Assembly (NCBI GenBank): GCA_030151725.1
Contig: JASLDD010000113.1
Span: 5,213-69,212 of the forward strand
Source of the DNA: Solirubrobacteraceae bacterium
GTDB lineage: Bacteria > Actinomycetota > Thermoleophilia > Solirubrobacterales > Solirubrobacteraceae
Reading direction: 5' to 3'
Length of the DNA: 64,000 nucleotides
Positions 1 through 10,558 of this stretch are shown piece by piece. The notes under the pieces were generated by a model that worked only from the letters and a program-made list of their open reading frames with translations, did not search any database and had not been told where the DNA came from. The position numbers were made by a program, and so were the translations under genes. Position 1 is the stretch's first letter. The number at the start of each line of letters is the position of its first letter.

Positions 1-965
1 GCCCGGTAGAGGCCCTCCTCGTCGCCGGGGTCGACAATCAGGCCCCCGTCGGCGCCGATGATGTCCCGCGGGCCGCCCACGCTGGTGCCGATGCTGGGAA
101 TGCCCGCAGAGGCCGCCTCGATGTGGACGATGCCGAAGGGCTCCACCGTCGATGGCATGACCAGGCAGGTCGCCTTGGCGAACAGCTCGGAGATCGCGCG
201 GCGTCCCTCGGGGTCTGCATGGGAGAGCACGCCGTGAAATTGCACGCCCGCCTGCTCGAGTCGCGGATGCGCGCCGACGACGTCCAGACCCACGTCGGGG
301 CGCTCCTCGCGAAGGCGGCCAAAAGCCTTGAGCAACACCGGACCTCCCTTGCGCTCCCAATCGATCCCTATGAAGAGGAAGCGCGGCGGCGCCCAGCTGC
401 GAGCGCCCTGCGCCTCGATGCGGTGGTTGGCGCCGAGGCCCACCACCGCCGTGTGCGAACCCTGGAGGTTGTAGTCGCGCTGCAGCGAGTCGGCCGCCCA
501 GTGGCTTGCGACCGCGCAGCGGCGGGCGCCCGCGTAGATCTGCGCGCGGCGACGCTCCCACCCCTCCATTGCACCGGGGGACATGCGTCCGAACACAGGA
601 TGCACGCCAACCGACTGGCGCACGGTCATGTCCTCGAGGGTCACGTAGGGGATGGCTGGGGGAACCTGGAAGGTGCTGCCCACCTGAACGACGCCGTCGA
701 GCTCCAGCCCGCGCAGGCGTTTGCGCAGCAGAGCGCTGCGGACGCGAACCGTGAGCGCCGCGCTTTCGGCATCGAAGCGGTTGCGCGTGCGCGCCGCGCC
801 GGCCACGAGCAGCGCCTCGTCCAGGCCGGGGGGGAGCTTCAGATCGATCGCGTGGGTGCGAACGCCGAGATCGCGCAGGGCAGTAAGGACCCCGGCGGTG
901 GTGCCCGACCAGGTGGTTGGCGAAGCCGGATCGCCCACGGTGACGAGGGCCAGCGAAGGGCTCAC
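1..965 (-). CDS. Glycosyltransferase family 4 (GT-B), 3' end beyond window edge
   Basis: Not in the ORF track; translated manually from GTG at 965, which overlaps the TGA of the upstream gene. Reads MSPSLALVTVGDPASPTTWSG...RFLFIGIDWERKGG...LVMPSTVEPFGIVHIEAASAGIP (GT4 E-x7-E motif). Confidence 0.88.
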   Translation of the reverse strand, partial: MSPSLALVTVGDPASPTTWSGTTAGVLTALRDLGVRTHAIDLKLPPGLDEALLVAGAARTRNRFDAESAALTVRVRSALLRKRLRGLELDGVVQVGSTFQVPPAIPYVTLEDMTVRQSVGVHPVFGRMSPGAMEGWERRRAQIYAGARRCAVASHWAADSLQRDYNLQGSHTAVVGLGANHRIEAQGARSWAPPRFLFIGIDWERKGGPVLLKAFGRLREERPDVGLDVVGAHPRLEQAGVQFHGVLSHADPEGRRAISELFAKATCLVMPSTVEPFGIVHIEAASAGIPSIGTSVGGPRDIIGADGGLIVDPGDEEGLYR

Positions 966-1846
966 GCCTCGTCGGGGAAGCCCAAGTACAGGTACTTGGC
1001 GACGTAGAGCTGCTGCATGGAGGCGTACAGCGCGGCGTTCAGCGCCATCGAGACGTTCCTGCGCGGGGTCAGCTCGTCGCGATGTTTGTAGAGATCAAGT
1101 ACGAACACGGCAGGGGCATACAGCCAGAACAGAAGCGGCGAGAGGCGGTTGAGAAGCCGGCGGCGGGGCGGCCACTCGGTGGGGCCCTGCCAGTTGAACG
1201 TCGGCAGCTCGCTGTAGTCGGAGAGGTACTCGCGCGCGCTGACCTGGGCCCACGCCCGCCACTTGGTGAAGGTCGTGCGCAGCGTCCAGTTGTTGTACTC
1301 GGGCCTGTGCTCGAGGTGATAGTCGACATCGAGAACCGGCTCATCAACGTGGATCGTGAGGTGCAGGTTGCCGACCGCATGCAGCGCCGAGCGGCGGTAG
1401 AGCTGCAGCTTGCGCCAGCTCTTCTCCGGGCTCGACACGTACCTGCGCCCATCCCAAAAGGGCCACAGAAGGCGGTAGCCGTTGACGTCGGGGTCGCGGA
1501 CGAGCTCGTGCAGATGCTCGCGCAACCCGGTCGAGAGGAACTCGTCGGCGTCCACCCCCAGGATCCACTCGCTGCGCGCCTGCGAGAAGGCGAACACCTT
1601 GGAGGCGTCGGCGTGGCCGCGCAGGGGCTGCACGAAGATCCTGCACCCGTAGCGCGCGGCGATCTCGAGCGTACGGTCGGTGCACTCGCCGTCGTGCACG
1701 AACACGATCTCATCGACGAGGTCGGCGAAGCTCGCCAGGCAGCGGTCGATCAGCCGCTCCTCGTTGCGCGCCACCACGCACCCCGAGATCGTGGGACGCG
1801 CCTCGGGTGCGCTCGCTGGCGCGGCTGCGGCTTCGGCGCTGCTCAC
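962..1846 (-). CDS. Glycosyltransferase family 2 (beta-glucosyltransferase-like, KdtX/WaaE type)
   Basis: C-terminal part of ORF 962..2380; ISGCVVARNEE...VHDGECTDRT...ILGVDADE. GTG at 1846 overlaps the upstream stop. Confidence 0.85.
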   Translation of the reverse strand: MSSAEAAAAPASAPEARPTISGCVVARNEERLIDRCLASFADLVDEIVFVHDGECTDRTLEIAARYGCRIFVQPLRGHADASKVFAFSQARSEWILGVDADEFLSTGLREHLHELVRDPDVNGYRLLWPFWDGRRYVSSPEKSWRKLQLYRRSALHAVGNLHLTIHVDEPVLDVDYHLEHRPEYNNWTLRTTFTKWRAWAQVSAREYLSDYSELPTFNWQGPTEWPPRRRLLNRLSPLLFWLYAPAVFVLDLYKHRDELTPRRNVSMALNAALYASMQQLYVAKYLYLGFPDEA

Positions 1847-2763
1847 TCCCCCGCCTTCGCGCCGGGCCGGGGCGTCTGGGCCGCGGCCGACTCCTCGCCG
1901 CCGAAGTACATGAGCTTCGCGACGTAGAACTGCACCATCCCACCGTAGAGGCCCTGGTAGAGGGACATGCGCAGGTTCTCCGGGAGCCTGTAGACGTCGC
2001 GCTCGCGCCACAGGTTCACGAGGAACACGATCGGCACGTAGGGCACGAACAGCAGCGGCGAGAGCTTGTTCAGGAGGCGCCTGCGCGGCGGCCAGTCCTG
2101 GGTGCCCTGCCAGTTGAACTTGGGCAGTTGGGCGAACGGGGTGAGGAATTCGCGGGCGTTGATCTTTGCCCAGCGGCGCCACTTGGTGAGCACGGTGCGC
2201 AGCGCGAAGTTGTTGTACTGCGGGCGGTGCTCGAGGTGCAGGTCCAGTCGGCGCACCGGCGGGTCGACGACCTCGGCGCCGTGGACGATGCCCACCAGAT
2301 GCGTGCAGCGCTTGCGAAAGAGAGCGAGCTTGTAGGGCCCGTTCTCGGTGATGTAGCGCTGCCCGTCCCACATCCGCCACAGGAACTCATAGCCGTTGAC
2401 CTCCTCGTCGGCCACGAGCGTGCGCACCTGCTCGCGCATCGGCTCGGACAGGAACTCATCGCCGTGGATCGACAGCAGCCACTCCCCGCGCGCCTGCTCG
2501 AAGGCGAAGACCACGATCGCCTCCGCATGGCCGACCAGCGGGCGCACGAACACGCGCGCGCCGTAGCGTTCGGCGATCTCGACGGTGCGGTCCTCGCACT
2601 CGCCGTCGTGGACGAGCACGATCTCATCGACCACGCCCTCGAGGCTCTTCAGGCAACGCTCGATCACCGCCTCCTCGTGGCGCACGGGAAGGCAGGCGGA
2701 GATCGATCTGGGCCCCAGGAAGATCCTCTCGGCAGGCTGAGCGGCGGTCTCGACAGACTCCAT
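1843..2763 (-). CDS. Glycosyltransferase family 2, tandem paralogue of 962..1846
   Basis: ISACLPVRHEE...VHDGECEDRT...LLSIHGDEF; co-linear with its neighbour. TATCGT lies 7 nt before ATG 2763. Confidence 0.85.
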   Translation of the reverse strand: MESVETAAQPAERIFLGPRSISACLPVRHEEAVIERCLKSLEGVVDEIVLVHDGECEDRTVEIAERYGARVFVRPLVGHAEAIVVFAFEQARGEWLLSIHGDEFLSEPMREQVRTLVADEEVNGYEFLWRMWDGQRYITENGPYKLALFRKRCTHLVGIVHGAEVVDPPVRRLDLHLEHRPQYNNFALRTVLTKWRRWAKINAREFLTPFAQLPKFNWQGTQDWPPRRRLLNKLSPLLFVPYVPIVFLVNLWRERDVYRLPENLRMSLYQGLYGGMVQFYVAKLMYFGGEESAAAQTPRPGAKAGE

Positions 2764-2826
2764 CGGCGCCACGATAGTGGGTCTCCTGTGCGACGCACTC
2801 CGCCCCCCTGCTGGAATCATTGGGCC

Positions 2827-3687
2827 GTGAGCGAAACCATCGAGCCAGCCGTCGACCTCCTCGTCAACACCTTCGAGCGGACCTACCGGCAGGCACTGGA
2901 GCCCGCCACGTTCGCCGATCTCGATCAGACCAACGCCCACTCCTTCGCCCGGCGCGTGATCCTCATCAACAACGTCGAAGATCCCGAGGACGCCCGCCGG
3001 CGGGCCTCCCGTCTGCTCGACGACGGGGCGATCGACGAGTTCCACTTCGTGGCCGACCACCTCGACCGGGCCTTGGAGGTGGCGGACCTGCGGCGCGATG
3101 AGCTGGAACCGCTGCTGCACTACAGCGACGGGCCGCTCGTCGCTGCGAGCCTGCCCGGGAGCCCGTGGATGCTCTATTGGGATCCCGAGGCCCGGCTGCT
3201 CGAGTCCTTCGACTGGATCGCGCCGGCGCTCGAGCTGATGCAACGGGATCCGCGTGTGATGATCGCCAACCCGAGCTGGGAGGCGCCGAACACGGCCGGC
3301 CGGCGGCCTGGGGTCGAGCGCGAGACGATCGAGGAGCAGGAGGGCTTCGCGCTCGGCGACGGTTTCAGTGACCAGGTCTTCCTTGCGGCGCGCTCAGAGC
3401 TCGCGGCGCCCGTCTACCGCCAGCGCTGTATCTCGCTGATCTCCTACCCAGGCGCCCACAAGGCCAACGTGTTCGAGGCGCGCCTGGCCGCCCACATGCG
3501 CCATCACGGGCGCCTGCGCGCGACCTCCCTGCACGCCACATACGCGACCGACAGCTCCGGCGGCAGCTCCTCCTATCCGCCGAGCGGCGTTATGCAGAGG
3601 ACGCGCTTCGTGCGCAACGCGTTGGCGCTCCGCGCTCTCGGCGCCTCGCCCTGGCGCCCGCGCTGCCTGCGGCACACCTGGCTCTGA
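2827..3687 (+). CDS. Hypothetical protein, possibly a divergent GT-A fold glycosyltransferase
   Basis: C-terminal part of ORF 1807..3687 with coding-like codon use; VDLLVNTFER, WMLYWDPE, FSDQVFL. Sits inside the GT cluster. Confidence 0.6.
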   Translation: MSETIEPAVDLLVNTFERTYRQALEPATFADLDQTNAHSFARRVILINNVEDPEDARRRASRLLDDGAIDEFHFVADHLDRALEVADLRRDELEPLLHYSDGPLVAASLPGSPWMLYWDPEARLLESFDWIAPALELMQRDPRVMIANPSWEAPNTAGRRPGVERETIEEQEGFALGDGFSDQVFLAARSELAAPVYRQRCISLISYPGAHKANVFEARLAAHMRHHGRLRATSLHATYATDSSGGSSSYPPSGVMQRTRFVRNALALRALGASPWRPRCLRHTWL

Positions 3688-3701
3688 GGCATGATGCGCC
3701 G

Positions 3702-4628
3702 ATGAGCGAGCCGCAAGTGAGCGTGATCATGGCGGCCTACAACGCCGAGCCGTTCATCGTCGAGGCCGTGGAGAGCGTGTTCGCGCAGACGTTCGCCGAC
3801 TGGGAGCTGATCATCTCCGACGACGGCTCAACCGACGACACGCCTGAGATCGCCCGCGCCCTCGCCGAGCGCGACCCCGACAGGGTTCGGGTGATTCGCG
3901 CCGAGCGCAACCAGGGCAAGCCGTTCGCGCTGAACCGGGCGCTGGCGGTCCGCCGCGGCGAGTTGATCGCGTGGCTGGACGGCGACGATGTGATGCTGCC
4001 CGACAAGCTCGCCCGCCAGGTGGCGGCGCTCGACCGCGAGCCGCACGCCGCCGGTTGCACTCACGACGCGGAGATGTTCGAGTCCGACAGCGGCCACGTG
4101 ATCGGGCGCTTCTCGCAAGTCGCCAACGGCGGCCCGCTGCGCAGTGGCGGCATCGAGCTGTGGTTCGATCCCACGTACAAGATGCTGCCCTCGGCGACCA
4201 TGATCCGCTCGTCGCTGTGTCCGGCCGAGGGCTTTGACGAACGGCTGGCCTTCACCAACGACTGGCTGTTCGACATCGAGGTCTTCCGCCACGGCCGCTG
4301 CATCGCAATCGACGACGTGCTCGTTCGCTATCGCCGCCACTCAGACAACTTCACCAGCCGCGCCGAGGCATCGGGGGCGGCCTATGAAGAGGGCCTGATC
4401 GCGATGGCGATCGTCACCGCGCGCCATCCCGAGCTCCAGCGCCGGGCACGCACGATGAGCACGGCGATCATGCTCGGCCAGGCGCGCAGGCGCGCAGGAC
4501 TGCGCGAGTGGACGGCGGCAGCGCGCTACGGTGCGGCCGCGCTGGGGACGGGCGGCGTCTCGGGACTGCTCGGGGTCGCCTCGGCGATGACCCGCTCGGC
4601 GCGGCGTCGTGGGCCTGGCGGACGCTAG
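3702..4628 (+). CDS. Glycosyltransferase family 2
   Basis: VSVIMAAYNAE, SDDGSTD, AWLDGDD. Confidence 0.9.
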   Translation: MSEPQVSVIMAAYNAEPFIVEAVESVFAQTFADWELIISDDGSTDDTPEIARALAERDPDRVRVIRAERNQGKPFALNRALAVRRGELIAWLDGDDVMLPDKLARQVAALDREPHAAGCTHDAEMFESDSGHVIGRFSQVANGGPLRSGGIELWFDPTYKMLPSATMIRSSLCPAEGFDERLAFTNDWLFDIEVFRHGRCIAIDDVLVRYRRHSDNFTSRAEASGAAYEEGLIAMAIVTARHPELQRRARTMSTAIMLGQARRRAGLREWTAAARYGAAALGTGGVSGLLGVASAMTRSARRRGPGGR

Positions 4629-5566
4629 GTCGGGCGCAGACCCAGCCGTCCCGCCCGTGCGTCGGCGTAGCCGTCGCGAACAGCCCGCAGCGCCGCTCGT
4701 CGGTCGGCACGGGTAAGGGCGTGCAGCGTGAACGTGGCCAGGATCGCTCCGCGGCGCATGCCCCTGCCGAGCGATCCGAGGGGTCGGCGCCGCTCGAGCA
4801 CGGTCACGGTGTTGCGCACGCCGTAGTAGAGCGTGTGCGTCGAGGCGGCCTCTCCACCGGTGGAGGCTGAGACGCTGTGCCACGCCCGGGCGCCCGGCGC
4901 GAAAACGACCTCCAAGCCGGCGGCGCGCACGCGCAGCGCCCAGTCGACGTCCTCGACGTAGGCGAACAGGTCCTCGTCGAGCAGCCCCACGGACTCGATC
5001 GCCTCGCGCGAAATCGCCATCAGCGCGCCGACGGCTCTGCCCGTGTCCTGGATGCGGCTGTAGCTCGGTCCGTCCTGACGGCCGTAGCCGCTCGGGCGAC
5101 CCGAGTAGCCGAGCAGCTCGCTCACGCGCTGTCCGGCAAACCAAAGCGTCTGCGGGCGCTCGGCGAAGTAGACCTTGCCGGCGAGGATGCCCGCGCGTGG
5201 CCGTGCCGCTGCCGCGCGTTCGAAGCCCTCGACCACGTCTGCGGCGACCGTCGCATCGTTGTTGACGAGCATCACCCAGCGTGCGTTGTGCTCGAGCGCG
5301 CGGCGGATGCCGAGGTTGTTGCCACCTGCATAGCCCAGGTTCGCGCCGGCCTCGATCAGCGTGATGTGCGGGAACCGCTCGGCGATCGCCTGCTGTGAGC
5401 CGTCGCTCGATCCGTTGTCCACGCACACGATCGCGAACTCCGGATGGTCGATCCGGGAGAGCGAGTCAAGGCACCTCAGCGTGTCCTCACGGCCGTTCCA
5501 GTTGAGCACAATCGCATGCCAGGCGGGACTCGCTGAGGTTCTCTGAGCGGCTCTGACAGAGGACAT
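4625..5566 (-). CDS. Glycosyltransferase family 2 (rhamnosyltransferase-like)
   Basis: IVLNWNG, VDNGSSD, NLGYAGGNN, LVNND, YVEDVDW. TACTGT lies 7 nt before ATG 5566. Confidence 0.88.
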   Translation of the reverse strand: MSSVRAAQRTSASPAWHAIVLNWNGREDTLRCLDSLSRIDHPEFAIVCVDNGSSDGSQQAIAERFPHITLIEAGANLGYAGGNNLGIRRALEHNARWVMLVNNDATVAADVVEGFERAAAARPRAGILAGKVYFAERPQTLWFAGQRVSELLGYSGRPSGYGRQDGPSYSRIQDTGRAVGALMAISREAIESVGLLDEDLFAYVEDVDWALRVRAAGLEVVFAPGARAWHSVSASTGGEAASTHTLYYGVRNTVTVLERRRPLGSLGRGMRRGAILATFTLHALTRADRRAALRAVRDGYADARAGRLGLRPT

Positions 5567-5651
5567 GGGCACGACAGTATGGCCCCGCAAAGCCCGCCAA
5601 CACGAACCCGGGTGAAGCATCGCGGCCGCCGAAGCCGCTATAGATGCCCGC

Positions 5652-8126
5652 TTGGCCGGATCGTTCCTAGGCGCCTGGGCCCTCTTCCCACTCGTCCTTC
5701 TCATCGCCAGCGCCGGCTGCGGTCTGCTCGTTCGCAGGCTCGCTGCCGGCGAGCTGTCGCTGCTGCTCGTGGCGCCCGTGGGCTTCGCCCTCGTGGTGGT
5801 TATCTGCGCGTTCGCCACCTCCTACGAATGGCTCGCCCCGGCCGCCGGCCCAGTCGTGGCGCTGGTCACCGTGATCGGCCTGGCACTCGAGGCTCGAGGG
5901 CGCAAATCGACGCGAACGCTCCCGCGCCCCGGGCCGTGGATCTGGCCGACGATCGCCGCGCTGATCGCCTTTGCTGCGATCGGCGGCCCGGTCTTCTTCA
6001 CCGGCAACGTCGGCTGGACCGGCTACACGCGAATCGTCGACATCGCCTTCCAGATGGACTTCGCGCAGCACCTGGCCGAAGCCGGGCGCGCGCTGCCGCC
6101 CAACGGCAACTCCTCCTTCTACATAGTCGCCGCCAAGCTCATCGGCATCGGCTATCCCGGTGGCGCCCAGGCAACGCTAGGGGCGATGGCGAAACTGCTG
6201 CACACGGACGTCGCATGGTGCTACCAGTCGTTCCTCGCCTTCACGGCCGCCATGGGCGCCCTCGCGATCTTCTCCACGCTCGGGCGCGTCACGCGCAACC
6301 CGCTGCTGCGCTGCGCGGGCGCCGCCGTTGCGATCCAACCGAACATCCTCTACGGCTACACGCTGGAGGCCGGCATCAAGGAGCTCACCACCGCTGCTCT
6401 GTTGCTGGTTGTGGTGGCGGTCTTCGCCGACGGCGTCCCAGGCGAGGGCTCGAGACGACGGCCTGTCGCGCTCGCCGTCGCCGTCTCCGGTGCCTTCGGC
6501 TCGTTCAGCCTCGGGATCGCGCCCTGGCTAGGGCTGCTGCTGCTAGGGATGCTGATCATCTCCTTCTCGCGGCGCAAAGGGCACTGGCGCGTGGTGCAGA
6601 GTTGGGTCGTGTTTGCGGTGGTGGCGATCGTCATTTCGCTGCCGGGGCTCATCACGGCCGCCAAACTCGCCACCGTTGCCGGCTCTGCCATCGGCGGAGT
6701 GGTCGACCTGGGACTCGGCAACCTGGCCGCCCCGGTCTCCAGATGGGCAGCGGCCGGCGCCTACTACACGGGCGACTATCGCTACCCGCTGACGCACACC
6801 ACCTCCAGTCACATCTTCGACGTGGCGATCCTCGCGCTCGCCGTGATCGGCGTCGTGTGCGCCGCCTTCCACAGGCGCTGGCCGATCGTGGTCCTCGGCA
6901 TCACCGCTCCCGTGGCCCTCTACTACTTCCTTCAGCACAGCACGGCCTGGATCCAGCTCAAGTCGTTCACGATCACCGCCGCCTTCGTCGTGCTGCTCTC
7001 CTTCGTGGGCGCCGCGGCGCTGCAGAGCTCTCGCCGTCGCTGGCTGAGCGGCCTCGGATGGCTGGGCGCGTTGGTCGTGACGGGGAGCATCCTCTACGGC
7101 AACGCGCTGATCTACCACGACACGTCTGTCGCACCCGGCGTGCGTTACCACGACCTGGCGGCGATCGCCGCCCGCTACGCAGGCAAGGGGCCGACCCTCG
7201 ATCCAAACTTCGACGAGTACGCCGAGTACTTCCTGCGACACGAGAGCGGCAGCTCGATAGTCGATCCGGCCAACCTCTCCTTCGAGGTTCGCCCCGGCGT
7301 CCCCGCGCCCCCCGGCGGCGTGAGCTTCGGCTGGGATCTCAACCAGCTGCTCCCCGCCTACGTCCAGCACTTCCCCCTGATCGTGCTGCCCCGCAGCCCG
7401 ATCTCCAGCCGCCCGCCGGCCAACTACGACCTCATCAGCAGGAGCAACTACTTCGACGTATGGCGCAGAGACCGCCCCGCCTCATCTGTGCTCGAACACT
7501 TCCCGCTCTCAGACCTGCCCACCGAGCGCACGCCGAAGTACTGCCGCCACGTGGTGGCGCTCGCGCGCAAGGCCGGCCCGAGCGCCCAGATCGCATACGC
7601 GCAGGGCTCGACCGTGGCCGTCGTCAACCCCGTCGAAGGCACCCACCCGGACTACTGGAAACTGCTTGGTCCCGGCACGCTTGCGACCTACGGAGCGGGC
7701 ACCGACGAACTGAAGCTCTCTCTCCCACGCACGCTGCGATACAGCCTGTGGGTACAGGGCTCGATCGGACGCCCACTGACGGTCTACCTCGACGGCAAGC
7801 GCCTCACGAGCATCGGCTACGAAGAGCGCTACCCGGGTCAGTTCCTGCTGCTCACCAAACTCACCATCTCGGCGGGCAAGCACACGCTGAAGATCGTCCG
7901 TCCCGGCGGGAGCCTGCATCCCGGCAGCGGCGATCCCTCGCCCGAAACGGTCGGACGCACGCTCGGCGCGATTGTCTTCAGCAGCGAAAGCTCGAACAGC
8001 ACGCGCGTCCATGTGGCCCCCGCAAGTCGGGCAGCGCAGCTGTGCGCCGCGCACGTGGGTTACCAGTGGCTCGAGCTGCTCAAACCCGGAGCCGCCCCGC
8101 CGGACGCGTTGCCCGCCGAAGCCTGA
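5652..8126 (+). CDS. Large polytopic membrane protein, probable GT-C fold glycosyltransferase with C-terminal extracytoplasmic domain
   Basis: 824 aa with many hydrophobic helices, an early loop RIVDIAF...GYPGG and a soluble C-terminus. GT-C call rests on topology and context. Confidence 0.6.
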   Translation: MAGSFLGAWALFPLVLLIASAGCGLLVRRLAAGELSLLLVAPVGFALVVVICAFATSYEWLAPAAGPVVALVTVIGLALEARGRKSTRTLPRPGPWIWPTIAALIAFAAIGGPVFFTGNVGWTGYTRIVDIAFQMDFAQHLAEAGRALPPNGNSSFYIVAAKLIGIGYPGGAQATLGAMAKLLHTDVAWCYQSFLAFTAAMGALAIFSTLGRVTRNPLLRCAGAAVAIQPNILYGYTLEAGIKELTTAALLLVVVAVFADGVPGEGSRRRPVALAVAVSGAFGSFSLGIAPWLGLLLLGMLIISFSRRKGHWRVVQSWVVFAVVAIVISLPGLITAAKLATVAGSAIGGVVDLGLGNLAAPVSRWAAAGAYYTGDYRYPLTHTTSSHIFDVAILALAVIGVVCAAFHRRWPIVVLGITAPVALYYFLQHSTAWIQLKSFTITAAFVVLLSFVGAAALQSSRRRWLSGLGWLGALVVTGSILYGNALIYHDTSVAPGVRYHDLAAIAARYAGKGPTLDPNFDEYAEYFLRHESGSSIVDPANLSFEVRPGVPAPPGGVSFGWDLNQLLPAYVQHFPLIVLPRSPISSRPPANYDLISRSNYFDVWRRDRPASSVLEHFPLSDLPTERTPKYCRHVVALARKAGPSAQIAYAQGSTVAVVNPVEGTHPDYWKLLGPGTLATYGAGTDELKLSLPRTLRYSLWVQGSIGRPLTVYLDGKRLTSIGYEERYPGQFLLLTKLTISAGKHTLKIVRPGGSLHPGSGDPSPETVGRTLGAIVFSSESSNSTRVHVAPASRAAQLCAAHVGYQWLELLKPGAAPPDALPAEA

Positions 8127-8131
8127 TCGGT

Positions 8132-10558
8132 TTACGAGGACAGCTCCTCCAGGCGCCGGCGCATCGCCGCCCCGGTCGCCTGCGGCGAGAGCGTGCGCGC
8201 GATGTCTGTGGCCGCCTGGGCACCCCGCCGCGCTGCCTCGGCGGGATCGTCGTGCACCTGGCGCATCAGCTGGGCAGCGTGCTCGACGCTCGGATCGGCC
8301 CATTCACCCTCGGGGGGATAGATCTCGCATTCAGGTCCCACACGCCCGATCGTGTAGTCGACCAGGTAGCTGTTCTCGACGCTCATGAAATCGACATTCC
8401 CCGAGTAGCCGGTCGCGATCACGGGCTTGCCGATCGCCATCGCCTCCGCCATCGTCAGACCAAATCCCTCGGCGCGGTGCAGCGAGACGTAGCAATCGCA
8501 TGCCCCCATCAGGCCGCCGAGCTCCTCTCGGGTGAGCGAGCGATCGACCACGTGGATGTCGGGGCGCCCATCCGCTGCCCACAGCACCTCCTCCTCAGCC
8601 AGCGGGCGCAGCGGCGCGTTGATCGTCTTGATCAACAGTTGCGGTCCCTCGCCCGGCTCGAACGCCAGCTTGAACGCCTCCACGAGCCCGACGGGGTTCT
8701 TGCGCTGCACGGTGCTGAGGTAGTCGAACACGAACAGGAACAGAAAGCCCTGCCCGACCCCCAGGCGCAGCGGCTGCGCCTCGCTCTTCGGTGCCTGCAC
8801 CGGGGGGGCGAGCGCACGCACTGGCACGGGTGCAACCGCGCCGATGTTCTCGGCCATGAACCGCGAGTAGACCCAGATCTCATCCACCAGGGCAAACGCC
8901 CTCTGCCAGCGCTCGGGCACGCTGTTGGTCTCCCAGCCCCAGATGCCAATCCGCGGGCCCTCGAAGTAGTCCTCGCCCAGGCGCTCCACGAAGGCGGGGA
9001 GCTCGTCGGCATTCACCGCCACGATCTCAAAGCCATGACGGCCGGAGTGCACGAGGTCGTCGAAGTCGTGCCGGCCGTACTCGGCTGCGAGGTCAACCGG
9101 GAGCGCCAGATGGTGCAGGGGCACGCTCACCGTGCTCACCGGCACGCCGGCCGCGCCCAGCGCCTCCACGTAGCCGCGCGCAGCCGAACCGAGCCCGAGC
9201 GTGTGGGAGAGATAGCCGGTGACGCGCACCGCGAGGGCTCCGTCAGCCGTCGACGCCTTCGCCGTCGCGATCGCCCCAGCCTCTGCCTCGGGGGCAGCCG
9301 GTGATTTCTCCGGCGTGGAGGGGATCCGCGCTGGAGCCGGCACTGACACGCCATCATGCGGCGGCATGAAGCGCTCAGGGATTCCGAGCTCATTTCGTCC
9401 AAACGCCCAGCACCAGGCGACATAGCCCGGGCCGTCCGCGCCGTCCAGGTCCGGGTATGCGCGCAGGACGTCGGGGCGCTCGTGCGCCACGCGATAGAAG
9501 ACGTAGCGGGTGACCCCATGCTCGCCGCCTTCGGGGGCGAGCCCTGCGAGCCAGCGCATGAAGGCTGACGTCCCCTGCTCTGAGAAGAGATCCTCGAAGC
9601 GCTCCCCCAGCGCGAGCGAGCGGGCGTAGAGCGCGCGCAGCGAATCGTCATAGACGGTGCCGTCGGCCAGGCGCCGGCCGACGTCTCGACGCAGGTCGGA
9701 GTCCTCCCAGCCGGCCCTTCGCAGCTCCTGGGCGTACTCGACGCACAGCTCGCGCAGGACAGGCGAGCGGCTAACACGCACACGGCTGGCCAGCGCGCTG
9801 AGGCGATGAGGGCGGTCCGGTTCAAAGCCAGGCAGGTTCATGAAGCGCGCCGGCCGCCCGTCGACCACGACGCCTTCGGGGGCGCGCCCGAGCGAGCGCT
9901 CGTGGAGGTTCCACATGCTCAGGTTGCAGCCAGGCTCGTCCAGCATCGCGGTCGCGAAACGCGCCGGGGCCAGCTCGAGCAGGCGTCCCAGCCATGGTCG
10001 ATCCTCCGGCCGCGCGCCCACGTGTGTGCCGTCCAGCGAGCCGATCGTCGCTTCCACGTGGGCCGCCCACCACTCCAGGAAGCCTCCGGCCGCGGCGCTG
10101 CCGTCGACCCCGATGATCGTCTCGTCGATGCGCCCTGCCCGTTCCAACTGCGTGGGCGTAGGAGCGAGACCGTCGTCAGGCACGTCTGAGCTCGTGCGTG
10201 GCGCCAGCAGGACGGGACGCTCCCGCAACGCGCTCTCGACGAGCTCCAGCGGGCCGAGCACCCACGCGCTCGCCGGGAGATGCAGGAGCGAGCCGGGGGT
10301 GTGCGACATGAAGCTCCGCAGCACGTGCGGCGCGAGCAGCGCGACCAGATCTGCCTCCTCATGGCGCGCGATCAGCCGCTCGACGTCGATGTCCAGCTCC
10401 TCGGCCGCAGAGCGCACAGGCATCTCCTCCTCGACCAAGTCGCGCCCGCCGATGAGCACCACGTCGTACGACCACTCGGGCTGATGTCGGCGCACAGAGC
10501 GCGAGAGCACTCGAGCCTCAGGCAGCATCGCGGGAGTTGCAAGCGTGAGCAGCTGCAT
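8132..10558 (-). CDS. Multidomain glycosyltransferase: degenerate N-terminal GT-A domain plus C-terminal GT4
   Basis: C-terminal QRKNPVG and CYVSLHRAEGFGLTMAEAMAIGKPVIATG; a Pro/Ala-rich linker separates the domains. Confidence 0.85.
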   Translation of the reverse strand: MQLLTLATPAMLPEARVLSRSVRRHQPEWSYDVVLIGGRDLVEEEMPVRSAAEELDIDVERLIARHEEADLVALLAPHVLRSFMSHTPGSLLHLPASAWVLGPLELVESALRERPVLLAPRTSSDVPDDGLAPTPTQLERAGRIDETIIGVDGSAAAGGFLEWWAAHVEATIGSLDGTHVGARPEDRPWLGRLLELAPARFATAMLDEPGCNLSMWNLHERSLGRAPEGVVVDGRPARFMNLPGFEPDRPHRLSALASRVRVSRSPVLRELCVEYAQELRRAGWEDSDLRRDVGRRLADGTVYDDSLRALYARSLALGERFEDLFSEQGTSAFMRWLAGLAPEGGEHGVTRYVFYRVAHERPDVLRAYPDLDGADGPGYVAWCWAFGRNELGIPERFMPPHDGVSVPAPARIPSTPEKSPAAPEAEAGAIATAKASTADGALAVRVTGYLSHTLGLGSAARGYVEALGAAGVPVSTVSVPLHHLALPVDLAAEYGRHDFDDLVHSGRHGFEIVAVNADELPAFVERLGEDYFEGPRIGIWGWETNSVPERWQRAFALVDEIWVYSRFMAENIGAVAPVPVRALAPPVQAPKSEAQPLRLGVGQGFLFLFVFDYLSTVQRKNPVGLVEAFKLAFEPGEGPQLLIKTINAPLRPLAEEEVLWAADGRPDIHVVDRSLTREELGGLMGACDCYVSLHRAEGFGLTMAEAMAIGKPVIATGYSGNVDFMSVENSYLVDYTIGRVGPECEIYPPEGEWADPSVEHAAQLMRQVHDDPAEAARRGAQAATDIARTLSPQATGAAMRRRLEELSS

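Noticed and set aside
1807..2826. N-terminal extension of ORF 1807..3687
   Set aside because: Antisense to the GT2 at 1843..2763; the credible gene starts at GTG 2827.
5579..9304. 1241-aa ORF on the + strand
   Set aside because: Arg/Pro-rich shadow frame that overlaps the real 5652..8126 gene out of frame and runs antisense to 8132..10558; typical of high-GC DNA.
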